Source: the human T2T-CHM13v2.0 reference genome, Homo sapiens. From it: a DNA stretch of 64,000 nt. The notes beneath the pieces were generated by a model. The model was not told the DNA's origin. It searched no databases and saw only the letters and a program-made list of their open reading frames with translations. The stretch lies in assembly GCF_009914755.1 (NCBI RefSeq), contig NC_060925.1. One strand, given 5' to 3'. Within the stretch, counting starts at the first letter, position 1; every line of letters begins with the position of its first letter. Both the position numbers and the translations under genes were made by a program. This document shows, in pieces, positions 12,322 through 27,410 of this stretch.

Positions 12322-12322
12322 G
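12265..12322. repeat. (TG)n/(TA)n microsatellite
   Basis: Read directly. Confidence 0.9.
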
Positions 12323-15300
12323 TTTAAACATGAGTTAATACTGATACCTCTGACTCTAATCAAACACCATGGATTCATTCCATCATTCTGCTTTGCTTAT
12401 TAGTAACTTCTTTCTCAGACAGACACCTGCGTCTTATTATCAATAATATATTTGCTTATCTGTTCATTCCTAGTATATATGTAAAATAGTTTTAGAATGG
12501 TTAACACATACCCCTGTGAAGGACAAATTTATCATGTAGAGTACAGTGTCTGTGTACAGTTATTTTTGTCTTTAGCCTTACAGAATTCCAAAGTTACTTA
12601 GGTCAGCTCCCTTCTTCCTCATCATCTTCAATGAATTTATGTTATACACGTGCAATGCAGTTAGATTCATTTGTCATATTCTGCATTACATCTTAGGTTC
12701 CTCAGTATCCTGATTGATTTTGTTCTTAATTTGCACACGGCAAAATTTACACTTTATGGTGTACAGATCTATGGGTTTGACAAATACATAGAGTTTTGTG
12801 CCATATAAAGCAGTTCCATCAGCCACAAAGTTACCTCATGTTGCTCCCTTGCAGTCAACTCCAACCCAAACCCCAACCCCTGGCAATGCATTTTCCATAA
12901 ATGTAGTTTTGTCTTTTCTAAAGTATCCTATGGAATAGTAAAATATGAACTTTTTGGGTCTGGATTCTTTCACTTCGCAAAATGGATTTAAGATTCATCC
13001 ATGATGTTGCATGAATTAATACTTGTGCCTTTTTACAGATGAATAGTGTTCCATTTTATGGATATATCACTTCTGTTCGCCTGTTGAAGACCATCTCAGT
13101 TGTGTCCAGTTTGGGTGTTTATGTGTAGAGTTGTTACAAATATTCATGTATGGGTTTCTAAGTGAACACAAAATTTCAATAACTTGAGTAAATACCAAGG
13201 AGTGGGATTGCCGGGTCATATAATAAGTATATCTTTAATTTTATAAGAAACTGCCAAACTACTTCGCAAAGTGGTTGTACCATTGTGCATTCTTAACAAG
13301 AACATGAAAGAGTTCCAGAGGCTCTGCATCCTTGCCAGCACACACTTAGTGTTGTCAGGTTTGTTTTTTCTTAACTGTAGCTATTCTAATTGATATGCAT
13401 GATAGTTCATTGTGGTTTTAACTTTGATTTCCCTAATTAAAAATAATGTTAAGTGTCTCTTCATATGCTTATTTGCCATCATATGCTTTCTTTGGTAAAA
13501 CATATGTTCAAATATTTTGCCCATTTTTTATAGAGTTGTTTACTTTCTTGCTGAAGCTTGAAAGTTCTTTATATATTCTGGATACAAGTCCTTCATTACA
13601 TATATGATTGCAAATATTTTCTCACAATCTGTGGCTTGTCTTTTTATTCCCTTAACATTGTCTTTCACAGAGCAAAATTTTTATTTCAAGTTCAATTCAT
13701 TAATGTTTCTTTTATTGATTGTGCTTTTAATGTTGTATCTAAAAACTCTTTGCCAAACCAAAGGTCATATTTTCTCCTGTGATTTTTTTTCTAGATGTAT
13801 TGTAGTTTCATCTTTTACATTTAGATCTATGATCTTTTTCTCAGTTGTTTTTTAAGGTGTGAGGTAAGTGTTGAGGTTCATTTTCTTTCTTGCATATAGA
13901 TATCCAACTGTTCCAACACCATTTGTTGAAAAGACTATCATTTCTTCACCCTTGTCAAAAATGAGGTGATTATATTTGTGTGGGTCTACCTCTGGGCTCT
14001 CAACTCTGTTCCACTGATTATTGTATCTATCATTTTGTCAACACTACACTTCCTTGATTATTATAACTTTGTAACAAGTCTCAAAATTGGGTACTGTCTG
14101 AGTCCTCCAACTTTGTGCTTTTTCAGATTTGTTTTCATGGGGACAAACTGACATCTTCCAATCCATGAATACAGTATCTGTATTTATTTTACTGTTCTTT
14201 AATTGCTTTCACCAGGATTTTCTAGATTTTAGCATACCTATCCTGAATATTGTTTTTGTTAGATTTATATCTAAGAATTTGTGGGTTTCGGTGCTACTGA
14301 AAAGGCTATTGCTCTCTAAATTTCAAAGTCCATATGTTCATTGCTAGCATGAAGAAATACAATTGACTTTGTATCTTGCAACCTTACTAAACTCACTTAT
14401 TAGTCCTAGAAACTTTTTAATGATCCTTCGGGTTTTTCTACAAAGACAATAAAGTTACACGTGAAAAGACATTGTTTCCTTTCTTCCTTTTAAATCTTTT
14501 TGCCTTTTTTTTTCTTGCCTTATTGTACTATAGGACTTTCCATATGAAGTCAGATAGGAGTCATAAGAGAGAACATCTTGCATTGTTTTTTATCTTAAGG
14601 GGAAAGTGTTTAGTTTTTCACCAGTAAGTGTGTTGCTAGCTATAGCCTTTTGTAGATGCCCTTTTTGAGGTTAAGAAAATTGCCTTCTATTCATAGTTTG
14701 CAGATAGTTTTAATCATGAATAGATGATTAATTTTTAAAGTGCTTTTTGTAAATCTATTGAAATAATCATCGTTTTTCTTTTCCTTGGTTCTGTAAATAT
14801 ATTTAATTTTAATTTCATTGGTTGATTTTTCCAGTGTTGAACTAGCCTTGCATTTTTTTGTTTTGTTTTTTTGTTTGTTTGTTTGTTTTTGGAAGGCTTT
14901 TAACTATAACTTCAATTTCCCTAGAAGATATGGGATTATTGAAGATATAATATTTCTTCTTGAATGAATTTTAGTATGTCTGTCCTTCGAGGAATTGATT
15001 CATTTCACCTAAGTTGTCAAATTTATGGGCACAGAGTTGTTTGTTGCACTACCTTATTATTCTTTTAATATCTGTAGGGTCAGCAGTGATGTCCCTTCTT
15101 TCATTTCTGATATTGATAATTTGTATCTTCTTTTTTCTTGGTCAGTCTGCCTAGAAGTTCACTAATTTTGCTGATCTTTCAAAGAACCAGCTTTTGGTTT
15201 GATTGATATATCCAAATTGCTTTTTTGTTTCAAATGTATTGATTTTTGCTCTTATTATGTTCTTCCTTCTGCTTGCACTAGTTTTAATTTGTTCTTCTTT

Positions 15301-17199
15301 ATCTAGTTTTTTTCTTTTTAGGGTGGATGCTTACCTTACTGATTGAAGACCTTTCCTCTTTTGTAGTGTAAGCATTTAACTCTATAAATTTCCATCTATA
15401 CACTACTTTAGCTTCATTTCCCAAATTGTGATATGTTGTAGTTCTTTTTCATTCAGTTCAAAACGCTTTTTTAATTGCCTTAAGACTTCCTCTGACATAT
15501 GGTTTATTTAGATATGTGTTGTTTCATCTCCATACATTTGAAGATTTTCCACTTATATTTCTATTATTGATTTCTGGCTTAATTCCATTATAGTTCATGA
15601 CCATGCTTTCTATGGTTTCTAGTCTTTTAAGGTTGTTAAGTTTGCTTTATGGCCCAGAACATAGTATCATTTGGAGAATGTTTCATGTGCACTTTAGAAA
15701 GAAGTGTTGTCATGTAAAGTATACTATAAATATCAACTGGGTCAAGTTGGTTGATAATGTTGCTCCAGTCATCTATATTTTTGATGATTTTCTTTCCATT
15801 TGTTCTATCATTTACTGAAAAAGGAGCACTGAAGTTTTCAACTGTAATTGTGAAACTATCTATTTCACTTTTTGATTCTATCAGCTTTTGCATCATGTAT
15901 TTTGAAACTCTGTTGTTAGGTACGTACATGTTTAGCATTGTTATGTCTTCTTGGAAAATCAAGCCCTTTATAATTATTTGATGTTCCTTTTTATCCCAGA
16001 TAATAATCATTGTTCTAAAAGTCTCACTTGTCTGATAGTAATATAAAGACTTCAGCTTTATTTTGATTAGTGTTTGCACAGCATATCTTTTTCTATTCTA
16101 TTACTTTTAACCTATCTGTCTTTATAACTAAAGTGGGTTTCTTACAGAAAGTGTATAGCTGGTTCTTAATTTTTCATACAATCTGACAATCTCCATCTTT
16201 TAACTGGTATGTTTAGACCATTCACATTTAATGTGATTATAGATATGGTCAAATTAAAATCTATTTTGCTAGCTGTTTTTTTGTTCCTTCTGTTTTTTTC
16301 TTCTTTTCTTTTATTTTTCTGACTTCTCTCGTTAGCCTGGTTTGGGGGTGTGTGGAGGAAATGGTTTCTATTGTTCTGATTAAGCTGTAGTCTTAGGCAA
16401 GCACTATATCACTGAGTCCTGAAGCAGCAGCCTTCCCAGTGATCCCATCCCTCCCCTGCTTCACTTCTGAATCCAGAATGTATATCCATCCTTTCCCTAG
16501 GTGTTAAGATTTTTTTCCCTGTTCCCTTATCTCAGATGTAATGGGATTTCACCAGTATCCAAAGAGTGATAATGTTTGCTCCCTTCTACATACATGTCAC
16601 ACTAATTAAGGCTTTTGTTCATAGGGGAGGTAGGCAAGAAGGGTCCAGGTAGAATTTCTCACCCCTCTCACAGCAGTTTCTTTTCCTCTCCTCCAGCAAT
16701 TCACTACAAGGGAGATTTTCTGTAGACTCTCCCAACCATTTTTGTGAACCTGTGATGGGGTTCATGGAGAAATGAGTCTAAGAAAGAAAGTGTGATCTCC
16801 TTTTATTTATTATCCCTAGGGCTTTGCCCGCTTCTACTAGAGTTCATTAAGCCAGATTCTGCATATTCAACAACCACCTTAGCTGAATTCATATAGGTAT
16901 GTTTCTTGCTTAGGTAAGTCAGAGCTCATATCTCATTTCTCCCTGAAGATACCTATCTCTTCCTCGATTTTGGGCCTACTGGGTACCCAGCAACCTTAGG
17001 ACTCCAGTGAGCTCAAGAAAAGTTGTGAACTTTCTATTCGTAAAGATTTTTTTTCACCATAAGTTTAGGAACAATCCTTCCCAGCTGTCTACATCTTTGA
17101 GAAGAAACTAGAAGTCTACCTTCTTATAGGTACTTTTGCATCTTTTGCAACAGCAAACAGAAGAAGGTACAGCAGTTGGTCAGGGTAATCACTATTCTC

Positions 17200-17400
17200 T
17201 TGGAAACTTGCTTAAAGAGCTTTAGGAATGACAGATGTTCCAAAAACACCTCTATCTGTTGTTTTTGAGAAATGTAAGATATACGGGGAAAATCCTATAG
17301 GAGTTAAGTAAAGTACAAATAATGTACCAATTTTTCAAAAAGTGGAGGGCAGAATCTGTATAAACTATCAGTCAGTTATAATTCAGGACAACTGTCTTGT
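17200..17400 (+). mobile_element. L3/CR1 fragment
   Basis: aatgtaccaatttttcaaaaag...aaactatcagtcagtt resembles the CR1 RT motif NV.PIFKK...NYRPVS. Confidence 0.5.
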
Positions 17401-17689
17401 TGAAAGCATCTACCAGCCTGCAATTGCCTGGCAAAGAATATGATGCCACATAGTAAACACCATGGATGGTGAAGAATAAAATAACTCTAGAGGCTTTCTA
17501 GTCCACTTAATTTCAGAATTGTTCATACATGTCACCATTTAGTGAGAAATATGACAGGCAACTAATTACTCAAAATTAGGCTAATGACAAAAACATTATA
17601 CTTATGTTTTATTATTTATTCTAGTTTCCCCAAAGGTAAGTCTTGTCATTAATCATTAACTACTCCATATATTATTATTATTAAAAATG

Positions 17690-17900
17690 ATAATGAAACA
17701 ACTACAATTTAGTGACCACTCACTACTAGCCAAAGACTATGCTTAGCTAATAGCAAACATGTTCTCATTTCACCTTCACAACAACTCAGTGAGAGAAGTG
17801 GGACTCAGAGGGACTAAGAAACTCGTCAAATCCACAGAATTAACATATGTTAGAACTAGAATTAATTCCCAGGTCAGATTTTAAAGTCCTTACTTTTAAC
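17690..17900 (-). mobile_element. MIR SINE
   Basis: ttctcatttcaccttcacaacaactc...gactcagagggactaagaaactcgtc. Confidence 0.6.
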
Positions 17901-18793
17901 TTCTGAGTCAGACTATCCCAGATGATGTTAATTATTTCCTGTGGCCCATTGAGTATTTCCTGCTGTCATTTACAATGCTGGAAAAGGTCCATCCTTGCAT
18001 AAGAACACAAAAGCATCAGAAATGCCTTATTAGCTGAGTCCAGTTGTCCAGCCACAAGGGCATTCAGTTTCAGAATGGCAACAAGGGACTATTTGTTGAG
18101 TGAACATGACAACTGACCTTTCTGAGATTGGTTTGCAAAGAGGGCATAACTGTCCTCCATGTTTTTTAAATGTCTCTCTCACTCTCTCTCTGTATACATA
18201 TATATGTATGTAAATATGTGTGTTTGTGTAAAATATTCTTTTCTTTCCTGTAATCCTGTATTATCTAGCAATTTAGTCTTCTTGAAATTATATATATATT
18301 TATATTATATATTATATATATTTTATATATATAATATATATAAAATAAACTACAACTAACTCTAAGAATAAAGAGCCCTCTATAAGATTTCTACCATCTC
18401 TAATGAGGAAACATAATGTGATATTCTAAGATCATCTTAGATACCTGGAGCATAGCAACAGCACAGCAATGAGTTTCAAAGACAACAATGTGAACAGCTA
18501 CCACTAAATCTTCAGTTAGGGGAGTCGAGCTATACTCAAGTATATTTCACCTAACCTAAACAAACCTGTGTAAAATAAGATAGCAGACTACATAGGAAAG
18601 ACAGTAACAAGCAATGGCAATTGCCTGCAAGTAAAAAGGAAGAGTGCTACAAAGAACAAGGAGAAGTAGTCAATTCAGGGAAATTCAGTTCAAGGGTAAA
18701 TGTAAATCACCCTCTGTAACCCCAAGATGGAGGGTCACCTGCCAGAATCTCTGAACTATAATACAAAGCAGTAACTAATGCTTCCCAACCTAT

Positions 18794-18887
18794 TGCAAGT
18801 CAAGATGCACACAGAAAATCAATCTATTCAGATGACTCATGTGCGAGTCAAGATGCACACAGAAAATGAATCTATTCAGATGACTCA
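18794..18887 (+). repeat. Tandem duplication, period 48 bp, two copies
   Basis: 18794-18839 and 18842-18887 match at 44/46 positions. Confidence 0.95.
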
Positions 18888-20029
18888 GCAAGAGGCAACT
18901 GATCCAGGGGCTTCTGTCACCCCTCAAGCCCGGCCTGGCTTCCCTGAGAGGTGGAGATGGAGGGATCATATTTCCACACACCTGTAATCCATTCACAACA
19001 CACCACTGAGCTTTTGTCCACCAGGTGGAAAGCTCTGCAATAACTTGTGTCAACAAGAAGTAGTTCCATTATGTTTGGTCTACTCCACTTAAGAAGGTGG
19101 GAAAATATAAAATATCACAGAGTAATATTTCCATCAAAAGTAGTTAAATGTTAAAACATTTTGATGCTTAGAGGGCAAGCTTCAGTTAGAAAAATTAACT
19201 CTTGGAATGCCTCATTTCCTGATGATGCACAAATACAAAGTGTGACTACTCTGTCTTTTATTGGGGTTCAAGGTATATCTATCAAATCATTCTGTTATCT
19301 CAAGGTATTTGTGGAGTCTGAATTAACCATATCAGTACCCATGATGGTTTTAAAGTATTATTATACTGGATGACCATATGCTCTTATGATGGGACACACT
19401 GGAGGTAAAGGGATTTCTATTAATAATTACACTATAATCACTGGTATAAGCCAGGGCTGTCCTAGGAAAACCATTTGGTCACCCCAGTATTAGATCATTC
19501 TCCCTATTTGGTCCTAACCTTTTTACAACAAAGAAAGCTATGTTTATATTCTTCATTAAAATCATAAATAAAAATAAAACAGTGCATGCTAGTAGCAATA
19601 AACTAAAAACTGAAATTTATAAAACAGAAAATAAAAGTGGTACCATTTATAATACCTGGAATCATTCTTTCCAGAGATAACCTCCATTAACAGTCTTCTT
19701 TCCAGTCCTCTTTATGTGGGGAGAACTGATCCCCCAACATTATTATCCAAAGTCAGACAAATGGATACTGGGTGGCCAAAAATAATAAATATATATTCTA
19801 TACACAGAGTTCACATGGAGCCTACCCCTCTCCTGCAGTCCTGGGGTACAGCATGCAATTTGGTTCTAAACTGCTGGGCACAACACTTTCTTCCTGGTCA
19901 TGATGTTGGTTCAAGGTGGTCACAGGACTCTTTTAGAGCCAGTGAGACACAAAGAAACTTTTGCTCAGACTTCTAGGAAGACAATCTAGGTACTTATCAA
20001 ATTGAAACTGAGAGGATCGAAGGCCTTGA

Positions 20030-20260
20030 CCTGCACTATCCAAAATGGTAGCCACTAGCCATATGTAGCTATTGAACACTTGAAATGTGACCAGTACAGA
20101 AATGTGATGTAAGTACAAAAGGCACACTGCATCTCAAAGACTCAGAAGGAAAAAGGAATGTAAAATATCTCACCAATAATTTTTATTTTGATTACATGTT
20201 GAAGTGATGATGCATATGGCTCATATTTTCTCTCTAGTGGACAATGCCAGTCTAAAACAT
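20030..20260 (+). mobile_element. MER3/MER33-like hAT element
   Basis: ctgcactatccaaaatggtagccactagccatatgtagctattgaacacttgaaatgtg. Confidence 0.75.
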
Positions 20261-20599
20261 TGAACCATTGGTACAGCCAGGCCTGAGGGTATCCCTGGTC
20301 ATGGACTTTTCAGATATGTCAACTAATAATATCTATTTTGCTTAAGAAAGTTCTGATTGGACATTCTAGCACTTGCAACTGAGAATCCTAACTGGTGCAT
20401 TGTATATGTAGAGTCATGCCATACATTCAAGACTGAACAACCAATCATGAGCACTTGTTCATGCCAGCACCTTAAGAGTAGTGTGCCCAGATCTGCACAA
20501 AGTATTCTATATGTGGACAAATCAACCATTGTTTTTATCTGTTAACACCACTGTATGTGTCTGGGGTGTGTCACCAGCTTTCTTTAAGGTCTTCCAGTG

Positions 20600-20990
20600 C
20601 CAAAGTCTTCTTCTCCTGGCCTTTGCACATACTTTACTTTCTGCATGGAACACGCTTTCCTCTCTTTCACTTGCCTGGTTCCCTCTCATTACTCAGGACG
20701 CAATTTAAATGCCATCTCCTCAGAGCTGAGTTTCCTGACCACTCTATTTTGAGTAGGTCACCCCTGATATTGTCTCTCATAGCACCACATCTCCCCTATA
20801 TGGCATGGACCAAAATATGTATTAACCTCTGTAGAAGGCTGTTTAACATCTACCTTCTCCTTCCCCACCATACCATACCGTGCATCAATGCAGAAGCCAT
20901 GTATATGTGGTTCACCCATTTGTCCCCAGCACCTGGAACAGTAACTAACACATAGTAAATGCTCAATCAACATCTACTGAATGCCAGGAA
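20600..20990 (+). mobile_element. L2 LINE 3' fragment
   Basis: cctttgcacatact...tccccagcacctggaacagta...catagtaaatgctcaat...tgaatg. Confidence 0.7.
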
Positions 20991-23049
20991 TGAGTGTTAA
21001 TGAGTCCAGGAGAAGGAGGAAGGTCAGGGGAAGATGAAGTAATGGGGGAAGGGAACTAAGATAATTCAGTGTAACCAAACCACTGATGAATGTTGATTAA
21101 TGCCATCTAGAACACTCAAAAAGAAAGTAAGGATGAGAACTGACAGAGGAAGAGCAAGTCCAGAATGGAAGGATTTGAGCAGTTAGTGGCTGCCTGGACC
21201 TTCCTCCAGGCATAAAAGCAAATGGTCAGAGATACAAATGATGAAGCCTGCAGTTCAAATGCATTTCTGAACTCCACACAATGAAAATTATGCTGAGATT
21301 TTGCTTTCTGTTAGTGACAATCTGGTTCTTAGTCTCATTCTCATAACCTAAATACAAAACTATGGGGGAATCTGAGTCCTACTCTAGGAATTTTCATCAG
21401 ACTCTGCTCAAAGGCAAGATCACATTCTTTGACTTCTGCATTGTGGAGCTTCTCATGAGGCTGATTGAAATGCTGCTGTTCATATCAAAGCCAGCCTTTC
21501 TGGACTTCATCGAATATCTAGATCCCTTCTATTTTCCTCTTCACATTCTTGTTCTCACACATGATCTTTGCCACTACCCTGCTTGCTTACCTCAGCTTAC
21601 CTTATACCTCGGAGGCAGCAGTAACGGTTTTTACTAAAACCCTTTAGGATTGATAGATGATAGCCTCTAATTATTTCTCTGGAGATAAGGCCTCTCTTTA
21701 AATGAGAATGGCTCTTCTTTTTGTTTTATTGTGATATATATTTTTAATTCATTTATTTTATAATGGAAAGTTGATCAATACAAAATAATTCATAAACCAA
21801 GCACCCAATTTAAGATCTAGCATTTTATTTTGGAAGCCCTCTGTGTGTCCCTCTTTGGTTTCATTTCATTTTTTAAAGAATGAAAACCACTTTGTTAGTG
21901 AACTCCAGAATTTGGGAATAAAGGGGTTAGAACCTTAGAATTTAAAGATGTGGTGCTGTCCACCAGGCAGGTGCTGACGAGTCTCCGGAAAGGTGGGAGA
22001 GCCACCGCAGTCTCTCAGAGGAAAGAAGAAAGTGCTTAGTCCTTTTTCTTTTTATTTTTCCTTCTCCCACTTTGATCTCTCTTCTTTCTTCCTTTTTAAG
22101 AATTACTACACCTCTTCTCTTTGCTGGTAAGACGAGGGAAGTCAACAGAGCTCCACGATTCTGTCTCCTTCTTTTTCTAACAGATGGTTTCCATTAGGGC
22201 TTACCAGGTATTTTCTCTGAACAGAATCAAACATGCATTGAAAAAGTAAACATCAGGATCATAGAACTAGCAGCCCTTTATTTATTACATAAATACAAAG
22301 ATTTTATAGCTGGAAAAGAACTTAGAGATAACTAAATCCAATCTTCTTGTTTCAGACCTAAGAAAACCAAGACTCAGTACTTGCCTGAGTTATTAAGGTT
22401 ATTAAGCTAAATATATGTCTTCCCTCTCCAAATCATTGTTTTTATTTCCCATTTTTCTTTTTTTCTTTTTCTTTATTTTTTATTTCCCATTTTTCAATTC
22501 TCATTATTAATATATTTTCATTATTGATAATTTGATCACATTATTGATTATTTTACTTTAGTCTGAGGCACCTAGCCTTAGGCTATTAGTATTTTCATTT
22601 AGCAATATTAATTACAAAATGATTTTTGAATGATACCTAAAAGATACCTCACATTAATGTAAAATACTTTGTTTTATTCTTAACAGCATTTATCTCAGAA
22701 GTCACTAAATATTCAATCATATTTTTCTGATACCCTGACATTCTCTGCCTCATATTTCTACTTCTAATGAAATATACAATTGAGCTGAATTTTAAAAAAT
22801 ATAGGTACTTCAGAATATTCCTAAATGATGAGTGAGTCATTAAGTTATTTGTCATATCAGAAATCTACAGATTGCTAACATTCAATTAGTTAACCAAAAA
22901 CCCCAAATGCCCACTAGGTGCCCAACACTGTGCCAGGCATTTTTCTTATGCACCCTCTTTAAAGTGAAAATGTTTGAATTTCAGATTTTCAAGAATATTT
23001 GCATGTATATATGTATTTGCTTATTTATTTTATGCAATAAATTTTATTT

Positions 23050-24340
23050 CTGTTATTCTCAAGGCACTGTGCTAGGCACTGTTGGAGGTGAAATGAACTC
23101 TTAAGAGAACATACTATCAAGAAAGAGACAAAAATGTTTACATAAATATCTACAATATGTGGCTTAGGAGAGTGATCCCAAACACAAATGACCACAGAGG
23201 CCAGGTAGTCAATGTAAATGCAAGAAACACGTTGTGTATACGGCAACAGGGAATGGGAAAGTTATGGGGAGCTATAAAATGAATGTTGCCTCTAAAGAAA
23301 AAAATTGAGAATGAAAGGAGAGAAGATTTGAGAAGGTGGGGGAAGTGAGAGGGCACAAGTATAACAGGAGAGCATGAAGAGAGAGGATAAAGAGAGAAGC
23401 TGGTAAAGACAGAGGAGAGAGAGGGGGAGGACAGGCGGAAAGGGAAGGAGGGAGGGAGCGGGGGAGAGAGAGAGACAGAGAGAAAGAGAGAAAACATCAA
23501 CACTAAAAGGTCAGGTAGAAGAGGAAAACCAGCAGAGTATGGTGTCCCAAAAACCACAAGAGGGAACTTTTCAAAATGGTCAAATGTGTCAAATTTTGCT
23601 GAAAGTATCTATTGGATTTGACATCACTGAGGTCACTGACAACCTTGACAAGAACAGTTTCCATGGTGTGGTGAGTTAGAGGCCAGGCTGAAACATGCTG
23701 AAAAGTGGATGGAAGGCAGACAGCAGGAAGGCAACCCTTTCAAGAAGTTTTACTGTGAAGGGAAGCAAAGGAATGGGGCAGTGGGTAGAGTAGGGCAAGC
23801 AGTCAAGGAAGAGGTGGTTTTTAAAAAGACAGTTGATGTCGTCAGGTTTGTCTACTAATGGGAATGATCCAGAAAAGCGGGAGCCATTGATGGCACTGGA
23901 AGACGATGGCCAAGGAGCCGATCCTAGAGAAAGGGAATAGAATCCAGGCACACATAGGAAGAGTGGTCTATGATCTAAGGAGGGACAGACACTTCTTCCA
24001 TCACACTACAGAGAAGAAGGAAAGGGGGTGTAAATGCCTGCATGGTGATAAATTTGGTGGTGGAAGTATGAGGGAATTCCCATCTGATGGCTTCAATTTT
24101 CTACATAAAATAGGGAAGGACATGGCTTGAGAATAAGCAGGGAGGGTAAGTGAAATTTGCAGAAGGGGAAAAAGTGTGAAGTAATAACCTTGGGATTGTG
24201 AAAGCAGGCCCACTAGAGAAACACAGTAGAAAATACAGAGCACCCGGTTATGATCTGGAATTATAAATTTAAGGCACAACCAGACAACTTTTTATTTTGT
24301 CCAGCAAAGTCCAGCTGATCAAAAGGGCATGAAGAAGCCA
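23050..24340 (-). mobile_element. L2 LINE fragments
   Basis: aggcactgtgctaggcactg, gaggtcactgacaaccttgacaagaacagtttc and aagaagttttactgtgaaggg are reverse L2 motifs. Confidence 0.7.
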
Positions 24341-24954
24341 TGAATTGCCCACACATCTTGAGAAAACACCGTTTCTAAGCCATAGATCAGGGCTGGGGCC
24401 TGAACTTCTGCACTTCTAACAAGCTCACAGGTATCTCCCTGCTACTGGATCGCTGGATCACACTTTCAGTGGCAAGTGTAATCCGCCAATTTCCTTTGTC
24501 ATTCTTTTCTCAAGTATTTCAGTAGGGGACACAGGAGATCTGTCACCTCTAAGTCTGAAAAAATAATATTAATAATAAAAATTAAAACCTCAAAAATAAT
24601 AGAAAAAGGGAGGAAGGACATGGAGAAAGAAGATGATTTGGTTTATCCAACTGTGGCTGTATTAGAAATATATTTTCTTGCCCTTCTTCTTATCTACATT
24701 TCCAGCTTTGGCAGTCTCATGCAGTCTCACAACTTCAACCACCATCTTTATGTGGATGTACGATGTCTTTCTTAGATCCAAAGGCACAATTAACACATCC
24801 ATATGGGTGTCCCATGAGCAACTCAAATGATAACTTGTCACCTATATTTGCTCTCCTTGATCTTTTCATCCTTTTACTCTTCTCATTCTCACTGGCCTCC
24901 ACATTTAAAGTTGTTAAGGCCTACTGATTTATCCCTAAAATATCAGTAGTTTCT

Positions 24955-25990
<1,036 letters not shown>

Positions 25991-26426
25991 TATAAAAATC
26001 AAAACAATCTGAAATACTCAGTGGCTTCCCACTACCTACCTTGACTCCAAATTCCTGAGCCTGAATTCAATGATCTCTTTAGTCTGCCCAGCCAAATATT
26101 CCCACTTCACTTTCTGAGGCCCCCTTCTCCATCTTCTCTACACACAGACAAACTATTAACATTATCTGTGTGCCTAATTTATTTTGCCAGCTAGACCATA
26201 CTTCTTTGAGAATGGAATCTAGTTCTGATTTATTTTTGAAACCTAAAATTCTCAGTGTCTAGAGTTATTACCAGAACATAAATTAGTACGGTTATGGCAT
26301 CTGAAAGTTATTGGCAGGAAATTTTATGTTTATTCTGAAGAATTCAAGGAAGCCATAGCTTTTTGATAATATGTAAAATATCTGGCTAAAGAGTAACTTT
26401 CTAGTTACAAAACAGAAAAAATAATT

Positions 26427-26872
26427 GAAGCAATCTGATATCCATCAGCAGATGAATGGATAAATAAAATGTGGTATATCCATACAATGGAATATTATTC
26501 AGCCTTAAAAAGGAAGGAAATTCTGACACATGCTACTACACAGATGAACCTTAAAGACAGTGTGCTGAGTTAAATAAGTCAGTCACAAAATAACAAATAC
26601 TGAATGATTCCACTTATATGAGGTACTTAGAGTAATAAAATTCATAGAGACAGAAAGTGGAATGATGGTTGCCAGGGACTGGGCAGGAGGTGAGAGGAAG
26701 TAGGAGTTATTGTTTGATAAGTCCAGTTTTAATTTTGTAAGATATAAAATGTTCTGGAGAAGGATAGTACCAGGTTGCACAATATGAAGGTGTTAAATGC
26801 CGCTGAACTGTATGCTTAACAATGGTTAAAATGGTAAATTTTGTTATGTGTATTTTGTCACAATTAAAAACA
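26427..26872 (+). mobile_element. L1MB-type 3' end
   Basis: gatgaatggataaataaaatgtggtatatccatacaatggaatattattcagcc...atggtaaattttgttatgtgtatttt. Confidence 0.85.
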
Positions 26873-27410
26873 ATTTTAACAAGGAAAACAAGACATTTGG
26901 GAATATCTTTTAATATTGGCTCCTTTTATTAATGTAACAAAGTTTTAACCAAGGCTATCCTCTCCAGAGCCATTAAGGATCACCTAGGGAAGAGACGGCT
27001 TTTTGCTTAGAACATGGTACCATGTTACCTACACTCTCTCTGAAACGAATTTGCATAAGAACTGTTGTTTATGGGAATGCATCTTGACGGGGCAGCTGGG
27101 TTGCTATGAAATACTCAGGAACCCAGCCCAGCTCTAGGACTCACCCCTGAGCACAAACGCAATGTTGGACACACTGGTAAAGGACCACTGGAATCCAGCA
27201 GCCCGGATCCCTTTCTTTGTGGTCAAGAAAGGCAGGAAAAGGGATGCAGGACTGCTACATCAGTGAGCATCACTAATCCGATAAGCAGAGGTCCATGGGT
27301 GGTGATGCACCCTGGAAAGGAAAAAGCATTAGGACCATAGAGGACGCTCTAGGACTAATGCTCATCGGAAAATGACTAGGGGTGCTGGCATCCCTGTGTT
27401 CTTTTTTCAG

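Larger units (their letters stand above)
10930..17120 (-). mobile_element. Old L1MC/L1MD-type LINE, ~6 kb, decayed with internal deletions
   Basis: Reverse 3' end ttttattttgaaataattttagactta at 10935; T-rich reverse ORF2; ORF 15636..16079(-) resembles L1 endonuclease (IKGLIFQEDITMLNMYVPN...LDPVDIY). The 5' boundary is uncertain. Confidence 0.8.

Noticed and set aside
19017-19033. CTCF-like CCACCAGGTGGAA
   Set aside because: Lacks the conserved GGC(A/G) end of the core; cannot be supported without ChIP data.
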